This document shows positions 11,801 through 25,664 of a stretch of 64,000 nt of DNA, piece by piece (the stretch's first letter is position 1; every line of letters begins with the position of its first letter). The notes under the pieces are model-generated. The model ran no database searches. It saw nothing but the letters and a program-made list of their open reading frames with translations, and was not told the origin of the DNA. A program made the translations under genes and the position numbers. Source of the DNA: Eledone cirrhosa (lineage: Eukaryota); the NCBI GenBank assembly GCA_964016885.1, contig OZ024742.1, forward strand, positions 165,726,001 to 165,790,000. Reading direction: 5' to 3'.

Positions 11801-14080
11801 TCACAACTCCTGATAGGAACATCACTGCTTTCTACAGTTCCAGGATGAGGTGTAAGTCACAACTCCTGATAGGAACATCACTGCTTTCTACAGTTCCAGG
11901 ATGAGGTGTAGGTCAGAACTCCTGATAGGAACATCACTGCTTTCTACAGTTCCAGGATGAGGTGTCAGTCACAACTCCTGATAGGAACATCACTGCTTTC
12001 TACAGTTCCAGGATGAGTTGTCAGTCACAACTCCTGATAGGAACATCACTGCTTTCTACAGTTCCAGCATGAGGTGTCAGTCACAACTCCTGATAGGAAC
12101 ATCACTGCTTTCTACAATTCCAGAATGAGGTGTCAGTCACAACTCCTGATAGGAACATCACTGCTTTCTACAGTTCCAGGATGAGGTTTCAGTCACAACT
12201 CCTGATAGGAACATCACTGCTTTCTACAGTTCCAGGATGAGGTGTCAGTCACAACTCCTGATAGGAACATCACTGCTTTCTACAGTTCCAGGATGAGGTG
12301 TAAGTCACAACTCCTGATGGGAACATCACTGCTTTCTACAGTTCCAGGATGAGGTGTAAGTCACAACTCCTGATAGGAACATCACTGCTTTCTACAGTTC
12401 CAGGATGAGGTGTCAGTCACAACTCCTGATAGGAACATCACTGCTTTCTACAGTTCCAGGATGAGTTGTCAGTCACAACTCCTGATAGGAACATCACTGC
12501 TTTCTACAGTTCCAGCATGAGGTGTCAGTCACAACTCCTGATAGGAACATCACTGCTTTCTACAATTCCAGAATGAGGTGTCAGTCACAACTCCTGATAG
12601 GAACATCACTGCTTTCTACAGTTCCAGGATGAGGTTTCAGTCACAACTCCTGATAGGAACATCACTGCTTTCTACAGTTCCAGGATGAGGTGTCAGTCAC
12701 AACTCCTGATAAGAACATCACTGCTTTCTACAGTTCCAGGATGAGATGTCTGTCACAACTCCTGATAGGAACATCACTGCTTTCTACAGTTCCAGAATGA
12801 GGTGTCAGTCACAACTCCTGATAGGAACATCACTGCTTTCTACAGTTCCAGGATAAGGTGTAAGTCACAACTCCTGATAGGAACATCACTGCTTTCTACA
12901 GTTCCAGGATGAGGTGTCAGTCACAACTCCTGATAGGAACATCACTGCTTTCTACAATTCCAGAATGAGGTGTCAGTCACAACTCCTGATAGGAACATCA
13001 CTGCTTTCTACAGTTCCAGGATGAGGTTTCAGTCACAACTCCTGATAGGAACATCACTGCTTTCTACAGTTCCAGGATGAGATGTCTGTCACAACTCCTG
13101 ATAGGAACATCACTGCTTTCTACAGTTCCAGGATAAGGTGTAAGTCACAACTCCTGATAGGAACATCACTGCTTTCTACAGTTCCAGGATGAGATGTCTC
13201 TCACAACTCCTCATGGGAACATCACTGCTTTCTACAGTTCCAGGATGAGGTGTAAGTCACAACTCCTGATAGGAACATCACTGCTTTCTACAGTTCCAGA
13301 ATGAGGTGTCAGTCACAACTCCTGATAGGAACATCACTGCTTTTTCTACAGTTCCAGGATGAGGTGTAAGTCACAACTCCTGATAGGAACATCACTGCTT
13401 TCTACAGTTCCAGGATGAGATGTCTCTCACAACTCCTGATAGGAACATCACTGCTTTCTACAGTTCCAGGATGAGGTGTAAGTCACAACTCCTGATAGGA
13501 ACATCACTGCTTTCTACAGTTCCAGAATGAGGTGTCAGTCACAACTCCTGATAGGAACATCACTGCTTTCTACAGTTCCAGAATGAGGTGTCAGTCACAA
13601 CTCCTGATAGGAACATCACTGCTTTCTACAGTTCCAGGATGAGATGTCTCTCACAACTCCTGATAGGAACATCACTGCTTTCTACAGTTCCAGGATGAGG
13701 TGTAAGTCACAACTCCTGATAGGAACATCACTGCTTTCTACTGTTCCAGAATGAAGTGTCAGTCACAACTCATGATAGGAACATCACTGCTTTCTACAGT
13801 TCCAGGATGAGGTGTAAGTCACAACTCCTGATAGGAACATCACTGCTTTCTACAGTTCCAGGATGAGGTGTCAGTCACAACTCCTGATAGGAACATCACT
13901 GCTTTCTACAGTTCCAGGATGAGATGTCTCTCACAACTCCTGATAGGAACATCACTGCTTTCTACATTTCCAGGATGAGGTGTCAGTCACAACTCCTGAT
14001 AGGAACATCACTGCTTTCTACAGTTCCAGGATGAGATGTCTCTCACAACTCCTGATAGGAACATCACTGCTTTCTACAGT
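5830..14080. repeat. 49-monomer higher-order repeat (period 2,746 bp), three tandem copies
   Basis: GGTCAGAAC at 6419, 9165 and 11911, exactly 2746 apart. TGTCAGTGAC at 7199 and 9945. The GATGGGAAC, TACATTTCC and TT-insertion markers follow the same period. Confidence 0.92.
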
Positions 14081-15545
14081 TCCAGGACGAGGTGTAAGTC
14101 ACAACTCCTGATAGGAACGTCACTGCTTTCTACAGTTCCAGAATGAGGTGTCAGTCACAACTCCTGATAGGAACATCACTGCTTTTTCTACAGTTCCAGG
14201 ATGAGGTGTAAGTCACAACTCCTGATAGTAACATCACTGCTTTCTACAGTTCCAGGATGAGATGTCTCTCACAACTCCTGATAGGAACATCACTGCTTTC
14301 TACAGTTCCAGGATGAGGTGTAAGTCAAAACTCCTGATAGGAACATCACTGCTTTCTACAGTTCCAGAATGAGGTGTAAGTCACAACTCCTGATAGGAAC
14401 ATCACTGCTTTCTACAGTTCCAGAATGAGGTGTCAGTCACAACTCCTGATAGGAACATCACTGCTTTCTACAGGTCCAGGATGAGGTGTAAGTCACAACT
14501 CCTGATAGGAACATCACTGCTTTCTACAGTTCCAGAATGAGGTGTCAGTCACAACTCCTGATAGGAACATCACTGCTTTCTACAGTTCCAGGATGAGATG
14601 TCTCTCACAACTCCTGATAGGAACGTCACTGCTTTCTACAGTTCCAGGATGAGGTGTAAGTCACAACTCCTGATAGGAACATCACTGCTTTCTACTGTTC
14701 CAGAATGAAGTGTCAGTCACAACTCATGATAGGAACATCACTGCTTTCTACAGTTCCAGGATGAGGTGTAAGTCACAACTCCTGATAGGAACATCACTGC
14801 TTTCTACAGTTCCAGGATGAGGTGTCAGTCACAACTCCTGATAGGAACATCACTGCTTTCTACAGTTCCAGGATGAGATGTCTCTCACAACTCCTGATAG
14901 GAACATCACTGCTTTCTACATTTCCAGGATGAGGTGTCAGTCACAACTCCTGATAGGAACATCACTGCTTTCTACAGTTCCAGGATGAGATGTCTCTCAC
15001 AACTCCTGATAGGAACATCACTGCTTTCTACAGTTCCAGGACGAGGTGTAAGTCACAACTCCTGATAGGAACGTCACTGCTTTCTACAGTTCCAGAATGA
15101 GGTGTCAGTCACAACTCCTGATAGGAACATCACTGCTTTTTCTACAGTTCCAGGATGAGGTGTAAGTCACAACTCCTGATAGTAACATCACTGCTTTCTA
15201 CAGTTCCAGGATGAGATGTCTCTCACAACTCCTGATAGGAACATCACTGCTTTCTACAGTTCCAGGATGAGGTGTAAGTCAAAACTCCTGATAGGAACAT
15301 CACTGCTTTCTACAGTTCCAGAATGAGGTGTAAGTCACAACTCCTGATAGGAACATCACTGCTTTCTACAGTTCCAGAATGAGGTGTCAGTCACAACTCC
15401 TGATAGGAACATCACTGCTTTCTACAGGTCCAGGATGAGGTGTAAGTCACAACTCCTGATAGGAACATCACTGCTTTCTACAGTTCCAGAATGAGGTGTC
15501 AGTCACAACTCCTGATAGGAACATCACTGCTTTCTACAGTTCCAG
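13560..15545. repeat. 17-monomer tandem duplication (period 954 bp)
   Basis: GGACGA at 14085 and 15039 (954 = 17x56+2). GAACGT, GATAGTAAC, GTCAAAAC and CAGGTCC recur at the same offset. Confidence 0.9.
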
Positions 15546-18500
15546 GATGAGGTGTATGTCACAACTCCTGATAGGAACATCACTGCTTTCTACAGTTCCA
15601 GGATGAGATGTCTCTCACAACTCCTGATAGGAACATCACTGCTTTCTACAGTTCCAGGATGAGGTGTAAGTCACAACTCCTGATAGGAACATCACTGCTT
15701 TCTACAGTTCCAGAATGAGGTGTCAGTCACAACTCCTGATAGGAACATCACTGCTTTCTACAGTTCCAGAATGAGGTGTCAGTCACAACTCCTGATAGGA
15801 ACATCACTGCTTTCTACAGTTCCAGCATGAGGTGTCAGTCACAACTCCTGATAGGAACATCACTGCTTTCTACAGTTCCAGGATAAGGTGTAAGTCACAA
15901 CTCCTGATAGGAACATCACTGCTTTCTACAGTTCCAGCATGAGGTGTCAGTCACAACTCCTGATAGGAACATCACTGCTTTCTACAGTTCCAGGATAAGG
16001 TGTAAGTCACAACTCCTGATAGGAACATCACTGCTTTCTACAGTTCCAGGATGAGGTGTCAGTCACAACTCCTGATAGGAACATCACTGCTTTCTACTGT
16101 TCCAGGATGAGGTGTCAGTCACAACTCCTGATAGGAACATCACTGCTTTCTACAATTCCAGAATGAGGTGTCAGTCACAACTCCTGATAGGAACATCACT
16201 GCTTTCTACAGTTCCAGGATGAGGTTTCAGTCACAACTCCTGATAGGAACATCACTGCTTTCTACAGTTCCAGGATGAGGTGTCAGTCACAACTCCTGAT
16301 AAGAACATCACTGCTTTCTACAGTTCCAGGATGAGATGTCTGTCACAACTCCTGATAGGAACATCACTGCTTTCTACAGTTCCAGAATGAGGTGTCAGTC
16401 ACAACTCCTGATAGGAACATCACTGCTTTCTACAGTTCCAGGATAAGGTGTAAGTCACAACTCCTGATAGGAACATCACTGCTTTCTACAGTTCCAGGAT
16501 GAGGTGTCAGTCACAACTCCTGATAGGAACATCACTGCTTTCTACAGTTCCAGCATGAGGTGTCAGTCACAACTCCTGATAGGAACATCACTGCTTTCTA
16601 CAGTTCCAGGATGAGATGTCTGTCACAACTCCTGATAGGAACATCACTGCTTTCTACAGTTGCAGGATGAGGTGTCAGTCACAATTCCTGATAGGAACAA
16701 TACTGCTTACTACAGTTCCAGAATGAGGTGTCAGTCACAACTCCTGATAGGAACATCACTGCTTTCTACAGTTCCAGGATGAGGTGTAAGTCACAACTCC
16801 TGATAGGAACATCACTGCTTTCTACAGTTCCAGAATGAGGTGTCAGTCACAACTCCTGATAGGAACATCACTGCTTTCTACAGTTCCAGAATGAGGTGTC
16901 AGTCACAACTCCTGATAGGAACATCACTGCTTTCTACAGTTCCAGGATGAGATGTCTGTCACAACTCCTGATAGGAACATCACTGCTTTCTACAGTTCCA
17001 GGATGAGGTGTCAGTCACAACTCCTGATAGGAACATCACTGCTTTCTACTGTTCCAGGATGAGGTGTCAGTCACAACTCCTGATAGGAACATCACTACTT
17101 TCTACAGTTCCAGCATGAGGTGTCAGTCACAACTCCTGATAGGAACATCACTGCTTTCTACAGTTCCAGGATGAGGTGTCAGTCACAACTCCTGATAGGA
17201 ACATCACTGCTTTCTACAGCTCCAGAATGAGGTGTCAGTCGCAACTCCTGATAGGAACATCACTGCTTTCTACAGTTCCAGGATTAGGTCTAAGTCACAA
17301 CTCCTGATAGGAACATGACTGCTTTCTACCTGTTTCAGGGTGAGATGTCTGTCACAACTCCTGATAGGAACATCACTGCTTTCTACAGTTCCAGGATGAG
17401 GTGTAAGTCACAACTCCTGATAGGAACATCACTGCTTTCTACAGTTCTAGAATGAGGTGTCAGTCACAACTCCTGATAGGAACATCACTGCTTTCTACTG
17501 TTCCAGAATGAGGTGTCAGTCACAACTCCTGATAGGAACATCACTGCTTTCTACAGTTCCAGAATGAGGTGTCAGTCACAACTCCTGATAGGAACATCAC
17601 TGCTTTCTACTGTTCCAGGATGAGGTGTAAGTCACACCTCCTGATAGGAACATCACTGCTTCCTACAGTTCCAGGATGAGGTGTAAGTCACAATTCCTGA
17701 TAGGAACAGCACTGCTTTCTACAGTTCCAGGATGAGGTGTAAGTCACAACTCCTGATAGGAACATCACTGCTTTCTACAGTTCCAGGATGAGGTGTAAGT
17801 CACAACTCCTGATAGGAACATCACTGCTTTCTACTGTTCCAGAATGAAGTGTCAGTCACAACTCATGATAGGAACATCACTGCTTTCTACAGTTCCAGGA
17901 TGAGATTTCTCTCACAACTCCTGATAGGAACATCACTGCTTTCTACAGTTCCAGAATGAGGTGTCAGTCACAACTCCTGATAGGAACATCACTGCTTTTT
18001 CTACAGTTCCAGGATGAGGTGTAAGTCACAACTCCTGATAGGAACATCACTGCTTTCTACAGTTCCAGGATGAGGTGTCTCTCACAACTCCTGATAGGAA
18101 CATCACTGCTTTCTACAGTTCCAGGATGAGGTGTAAGTCACAACTCCTGATAGGAACATCACTGCTTTCTACAGTTCCAGAATGAGGTGTCAGTCACAAC
18201 TCCTGATAGGAACATCACTGCTTTCTACAGTTCCAGAATGAGGTGTCAGTCACAACTCCTGATAGGAACATCACTGCTTTCTACAGTTCCAGGATGAGGT
18301 GTAAGTCACAACTCCTGATAGGAACATCACTGCTTTCTACAGTTCCAGAATGAGGTGTCAGTCACAACTCCTGATAGGAACATCACTGCTTTCTACAGTT
18401 CCAGGATGAGGTGTAAGTCACAACTCCTGATAGGAACATCACTGCTTTCTACAGTTCCAGGATGAGATGTCTCTCACAACTCCTGATAGGAACATCACTG

Positions 18501-21500
18501 CTTTCTACAATTCCAGAATGAGGTGTCAGTCACAACTCCTGATAGGAACATCACTGCTTTCTACAGTTCCAGGATGAGGTTTCAGTCACAACTCCTGATA
18601 GGAACATCACTGCTTTCTACAGTTCCAGGATGAGGTGTAAGTCACAACTCCTGATAGGAACATCACTGCTTTCTACAGTTCCAGGATGAGATGTCTATCA
18701 CAACTCCTGATAGGAACATCACTGATTTCTACAGTTCCAGGATAAGGTGTAAGTCACAACTCCTGATAGGAACATCACTGCTTTCTACAGTTCCAGGATG
18801 AGATGTCTCTCACAACTCCTCATAGGAACATCACTGCTTTCTACAGTTCCAGGATGAGGTGTAAGTCACAACTCCTGATAGGAACATCACTGCTTTCTAC
18901 AGTTCCAGAATGAGGTGTCAGTCACAACTCCTGATAGGAACATCACTGCTTTTTCTACAGTTCCAGGATGAGGTGTAAGTCACAACTCCTGATAGGAACA
19001 TCACTGCTTTCTACAGTTCCAGGATGAGATGTCTCTCACAACTCCTGATAGGAACATCACTGCTTTCTACAGTTCCAGGATGAGGTGTAAGTCACAACTC
19101 CTGATAGGAACATCACTGCTTTCTACAGTTCCAGAATGAGGTGTCAGTCACAACTCCTGATAGGAACATCACTGCTTTCTACAGTTCCAGAATGAGGTGT
19201 CAGTCACAACTCCTGATAGGAACATCACTGCTTTCTACAGTTCCAGGATGAGGTGTAAGTCACAACTCCTGATAGGAACATCACTGCTTTCTACAGTTCC
19301 AGAATGAGGTGTCAGTCACAACTCCTGATAGGAACATCACTGCTTTCTACAGTTCCAGGATGAGATGTCTCTCACAACTCCTGATAGGAACATCACTGCT
19401 TTCTACAGTTCCAGGATGAGGTGTAAGTCACAACTCCTGATAGGAACATCACTGCTTTCTACTGTTCCAGAATGAAGTGTCAGTCACAACTCATGATAGG
19501 AACATCACTGCTTTCTACAGTTCCAGGATGAGGTGTAAGTCACAACTCCTGATAGGAACATCACTGCTTTCTACAGTTCCAGGATGAGGTGTCAGTCACA
19601 ACTCCTGATAGGAACATCACTGCTTTCTACAGTTCCAGGATGAGATGTCTCTCACAACTCCTGATAGGAACATCACTGCTTTCTACATTTCCAGGATGAG
19701 GTGTCAGTCACAACTCCTGATAGGAATATCACTGCTTTCTACAGTTCCAGGATGAGATGTCTCTCACAACTCCTGATAGGAACATCACTGCTTTCTACAG
19801 TTCCAGGACGAGGTGTAAGTCACAACTCCTGATAGGAACGTCACTGCTTTCTACAGTTCCAGAATGAGGTGTCAGTCACAACTCCTGATAGGAACATCAC
19901 TGCTTTTTCTACAGTTCCAGGATGAGGTGTAAGTCACAACTCCTGATAGTAACATCACTGCTTTCTACAGTTCCAGGATGAGATGTCTCTCACAACTCCT
20001 GATAGGAACATCACTGCTTTCTACAGTTCCAGGATGAGGTGTAAGTCAAAACTCCTGATAGGAACATCACTGCTTTCTACAGTTCCAGAATGAGGTGTAA
20101 GTCACAACTCCTGATAGGAACATCACTGCTTTCTACAGTTCCAGAATGAGGTGTCAGTCACAACTCCTGATAGGAACATCACTGCTTTCTACAGGTCCAG
20201 GATGAGGTGTAAGTCACAACTCCTGATAGGAACATCACTGCTTTCTACAGTTCCAGAATGAGGTGTCAGTCACAACTCCTGATAGGAACATCACTGCTTT
20301 CTACAGTTCCAGGATGAGGTGTATGTCACAACTCCTGATAGGAACATCACTGCTTTCTACAGTTCCAGGATGAGATGTCTCTCACAACTCCTGATAGGAA
20401 CATCACTGCTTTCTACAGTTCCAGGATGAGGTGTAAGTCACAACTCCTGATAGGAACATCACTGCTTTCTACAGTTCCAGAATGAGGTGTCAGTCACAAC
20501 TCCTGATAGGAACATCACTGCTTTCTACAGTTCCAGAATGAGGTGTCAGTCACAACTCCTGATAGGAACATCACTGCTTTCTACAGTTCCAGCATGAGGT
20601 GTCAGTCACAACTCCTGATAGGAACATCACTGCTTTCTACAGTTCCAGGATAAGGTGTAAGTCACAACTCCTGATAGGAACATCACTGCTTTCTACAGTT
20701 CCAGCATGAGGTGTCAGTCACAACTCCTGATAGGAACATCACTGCTTTCTACAGTTCCAGGATAAGGTGTAAGTCACAACTCCTGATAGGAACATCACTG
20801 CTTTCTACAGTTCCAGGATGAGGTGTCAGTCACAACTCCTGATAGGAACATCACTGCTTTCTACTGTTCCAGGATGAGGTGTCAGTCACAACTCCTGATA
20901 GGAACATCACTGCTTTCTACAATTCCAGAATGAGGTGTCAGTCACAACTCCTGATAGGAACATCACTGCTTTCTACAGTTCCAGGATGAGGTTTCAGTCA
21001 CAACTCCTGATAGGAACATCACTGCTTTCTACAGTTCCAGGATGAGGTGTCAGTCACAACTCCTGATAAGAACATCACTGCTTTCTACAGTTCCAGGATG
21101 AGATGTCTGTCACAACTCCTGATAGGAACATCACTGCTTTCTACAGTTCCAGAATGAGGTGTCAGTCACAACTCCTGATAGGAACATCACTGCTTTCTAC
21201 AGTTCCAGGATAAGGTGTAAGTCACAACTCCTGATAGGAACATCACTGCTTTCTACAGTTCCAGGATGAGGTGTCAGTCACAACTCCTGATAGGAACATC
21301 ACTGCTTTCTACAGTTCCAGCATGAGGTGTCAGTCACAACTCCTGATAGGAACATCACTGCTTTCTACAGTTCCAGGATGAGATGTCTGTCACAACTCCT
21401 GATAGGAACATCACTGCTTTCTACAGTTGCAGGATGAGGTGTCAGTCACAACTCCTGATAGGAACAATACTGCTTACTACAGTTCCAGAATGAGGTGTCA

Positions 21501-24110
21501 GTCACAACTCCTGATAGGAACATCACTGCTTTCTACAGTTCCAGGATGAGGTGTAAGTCACAACTCCTGATAGGAACATCACTGCTTTCTACAGTTCCAG
21601 AATGAGGTGTCAGTCACAACTCCTGATAGGAACATCACTGCTTTCTACAGTTCCAGAATGAGGTGTCAGTCACAACTCCTGATAGGAACATCACTGCTTT
21701 CTACAGTTCCAGGATGAGATGTCTGTCACAACTCCTGATAGGAACATCACTGCTTTCTACAGTTCCAGGATGAGGTGTCAGTCACAACTCCTGATAGGAA
21801 CATCACTGCTTTCTACTGTTCCAGGATGAGGTGTCAGTCACAACTCCTGATAGGAACATCACTACTTTCTACAGTTCCAGCATGAGGTGTCAGTCACAAC
21901 TCCTGATAGGAACATCACTGCTTTCTACAGTTCCAGGATGAGGTGTCAGTCACAACTCCTGATAGGAACATCACTGCTTTCTACAGCTCCAGAATGAGGT
22001 GTCAGTCGCAACTCCTGATAGGAACATCACTGCTTTCTACAGTTCCAGGATTAGGTCTAAGTCACAACTCCTGATAGGAACATGACTGCTTTCTACCTGT
22101 TTCAGGGTGAGATGTCTGTCACAACTCCTGATAGGAACATCACTGCTTTCTACAGTTCCAGGATGAGGTGTAAGTCACAACTCCTGATAGGAACATCACT
22201 GCTTTCTACAGTTCTAGAATGAGGTGTCAGTCACAACTCCTGATAGGAACATCACTGCTTTCTACTGTTCCAGAATGAGGTGTCAGTCACAACTCCTGAT
22301 AGGAACATCACTGCTTTCTACAGTTCCAGAATGAGGTGTCAGTCACAACTCCTGATAGGAACATCACTGCTTTCTACTGTTCCAGGATGAGGTGTAAGTC
22401 ACACCTCCTGATAGGAACATCACTGCTTCCTACAGTTCCAGGATGAGGTGTAAGTCACAATTCCTGATAGGAACAGCACTGCTTTCTACAGTTCCAGGAT
22501 GAGGTGTAAGTCACAACTCCTGATAGGAACATCACTGCTTTCTACAGTTCCAGGATGAGGTGTAAGTCACAACTCCTGATAGGAACATCACTGCTTTCTA
22601 CTGTTCCAGAATGAAGTGTCAGTCACAACTCATGATAGGAACATCACTGCTTTCTACAGTTCCAGGATGAGATTTCTCTCACAACTCCTGATAGGAACAT
22701 CACTGCTTTCTACAGTTCCAGAATGAGGTGTCAGTCACAACTCCTGATAGGAACATCACTGCTTTTTCTACAGTTCCAGGATGAGGTGTAAGTCACAACT
22801 CCTGATAGGAACATCACTGCTTTCTACAGTTCCAGGATGAGGTGTCTCTCACAACTCCTGATAGGAACATCACTGCTTTCTACAGTTCCAGGATGAGGTG
22901 TAAGTCACAACTCCTGATAGGAACATCACTGCTTTCTACAGTTCCAGAATGAGGTGTCAGTCACAACTCCTGATAGGAACATCACTGCTTTCTACAGTTC
23001 CAGAATGAGGTGTCAGTCACAACTCCTGATAGGAACATCACTGCTTTCTACAGTTCCAGGATGAGGTGTAAGTCACAACTCCTGATAGGAACATCACTGC
23101 TTTCTACAGTTCCAGAATGAGGTGTCAGTCACAACTCCTGATAGGAACATCACTGCTTTCTACAGTTCCAGGATGAGGTGTAAGTCACAACTCCTGATAG
23201 GAACATCACTGCTTTCTACAGTTCCAGGATGAGATGTCTCTCACAACTCCTGATAGGAACATCACTGCTTTCTACAATTCCAGAATGAGGTGTCAGTCAC
23301 AACTCCTGATAGGAACATCACTGCTTTCTACAGTTCCAGGATGAGGTTTCAGTCACAACTCCTGATAGGAACATCACTGCTTTCTACAGTTCCAGGATGA
23401 GGTGTAAGTCACAACTCCTGATAGGAACATCACTGCTTTCTACAGTTCCAGGATGAGATGTCTGTCACAACTCCTGATAGGAACATCACTGATTTCTACA
23501 GTTCCAGGATAAGGTGTAAGTCACAACTCCTGATAGGAACATCACTGCTTTCTACAGTTCCAGGATGAGATGTCTCTCACAACTCCTCATAGGAACATCA
23601 CTGCTTTCTACAGTTCCAGGATGAGGTGTAAGTCACAACTCCTGATAGGAACATCACTGCTTTCTACAGTTCCAGAATGAGGTGTCAGTCACAACTCCTG
23701 ATAGGAACATCACTGCTTTTTCTACAGTTCCAGGATGAGGTGTAAGTCACAACTCCTGATAGGAACATCACTGCTTTCTACAGTTCCAGGATGAGATGTC
23801 TCTCACAACTCCTGATAGGAACATCACTGCTTTCTACAGTTCCAGGATGAGGTGTAAGTCACAACTCCTGATAGGAACATCACTGCTTTCTACAGTTCCA
23901 GAATGAGGTGTCAGTCACAACTCCTGATAGGAACATCACTGCTTTCTACAGTTCCAGAATGAGGTGTCAGTCACAACTCCTGATAGGAACATCACTGCTT
24001 TCTACAGTTCCAGGATGAGGTGTAAGTCACAACTCCTGATAGGAACATCACTGCTTTCTACAGTTCCAGAATGAGGTGTCAGTCACAACTCCTGATAGGA
24101 ACATCACTGC
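14480..24110. repeat. 85-monomer tandem duplication (period 4,767 bp), two copies
   Basis: GGACG at 15039 and 19806, and GGATTAGGTCTAAG at 17281 and 22048 (4767 = 85x56+7). The complex variant CTACCTGTTTCAGGG is seen only in these two copies. Confidence 0.92.
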
Positions 24111-25664
24111 TTTCTACAGTTCCAGGATGAGGTGTAAGTCACAACTCCTGATAGGAACATCACTGCTTTCTACAGTTCCAGGATGAGATGTCTCTCACAA
24201 CTCCTGATAGGAACATCACTGCTTTCTACAGTTCCAGGATGAGGTGTAAGTCACAACTCCTGATAGGAACATCACTGCTTTCTACAGTTCCAGAATGAGG
24301 TGTCAGTCACAACTCCTGATAGGAACATCACTGCTTTCTACAGTTCCAGAATGAGGTGTCAGTCACAACTCCTGATAGGAACATCACTGCTTTCTACAGT
24401 TCCAGGATGAGGTGTAAGTCACAACTCCTGATAGGATTATCACTGCTTTCTACTGTTCCAGGATGAGGTGTCAGTCACAACTCCTGATAGGAACATCACT
24501 GCTTTATACAGTTCCAGGATGAGGTGTAAGTCACAACTCCTGATAGGAACATCACTGCTTTCTACAGTTCCAGGATGAGGTGTAAGTCACAACTCCTGAT
24601 AGGAACATCACTGCTTTCTACAGTTCTAGAATGACGTGTCAGTCACAACTCCTGATAGGAACATCACTGCTTTCTACTGTTCCAGAATGAGGTGTCAGTC
24701 ACAACTCCTGATAGGAACATCACTGCTTTCTACAGTTCCAGAATGAGGTGTCAGTCACAACTCCTGATAGGAACATCACTGCTTTCTACTGTTCCAGGAT
24801 AAGGTGTAAGTCACACCTCCTGATAGGAACATCACTGCTTCCTACAGTTCCAGGATGAGGTGTAAGTCACAACTCCTGATAGGAACAGCACTGCTTTCTA
24901 CAGTTCCAGGATGAGGTGTAAGTCACAACTCCTGATAGGAACATCACTGCTTTCTACAGTTCCAGGATGAGGTGTAAGTCACAACTCCTGATAGGAACAT
25001 CACTGCTTTCTACTGTTCCAGAATGAAGTGTCAGTCACAACTCATGATAGGAACATCACTGCTTTCTACAGTTCCAGGATGAGATGTCTCTCACAACTCC
25101 TGATAGGAACATCACTGCTTTCTACAGTTCCAGAATGAGGTGTCAGTCACAACTCCTGATAGGAACATCACTGCTTTTTCTACAGTTCCAGGATGAGGTG
25201 TAAGTCACAACTCCTGATAGGAACATCACTGCTTTCTACAGTTCCAGGATGAGGTGTCTCTCACAACTCCTGATAGGAACATCACTGCTTTCTACAGTTC
25301 CAGGATGAGGTGTAAGTCACAACTCCTGATAGGAACATCACTGCTTTCTACAGTTCCAGAATGAGGTGTCAGTCACAACTCCTGATAGGAGCATCACTGC
25401 TTTCTACAGTTCCAGAATGAGGTGTCAGTCACAACTCCTGATAGGAACATCACTGCTTTCTACAGTTCCAGGATGAGGTGTAAGTCACAACTCCTGATAG
25501 GAACATCACTGCTTTCTACAGTTCCAGAATGAGGTGTCAGTCACAACTCCTGATAGGAACATCACTGCTTTCTACAGTTCCAGGATGAGGTGTAAGTCAC
25601 AACTCCTGATAGGAACATCACTGCTTTCTACAGTTCCAGGATGAGATGTCTCTCACAACTCCTG

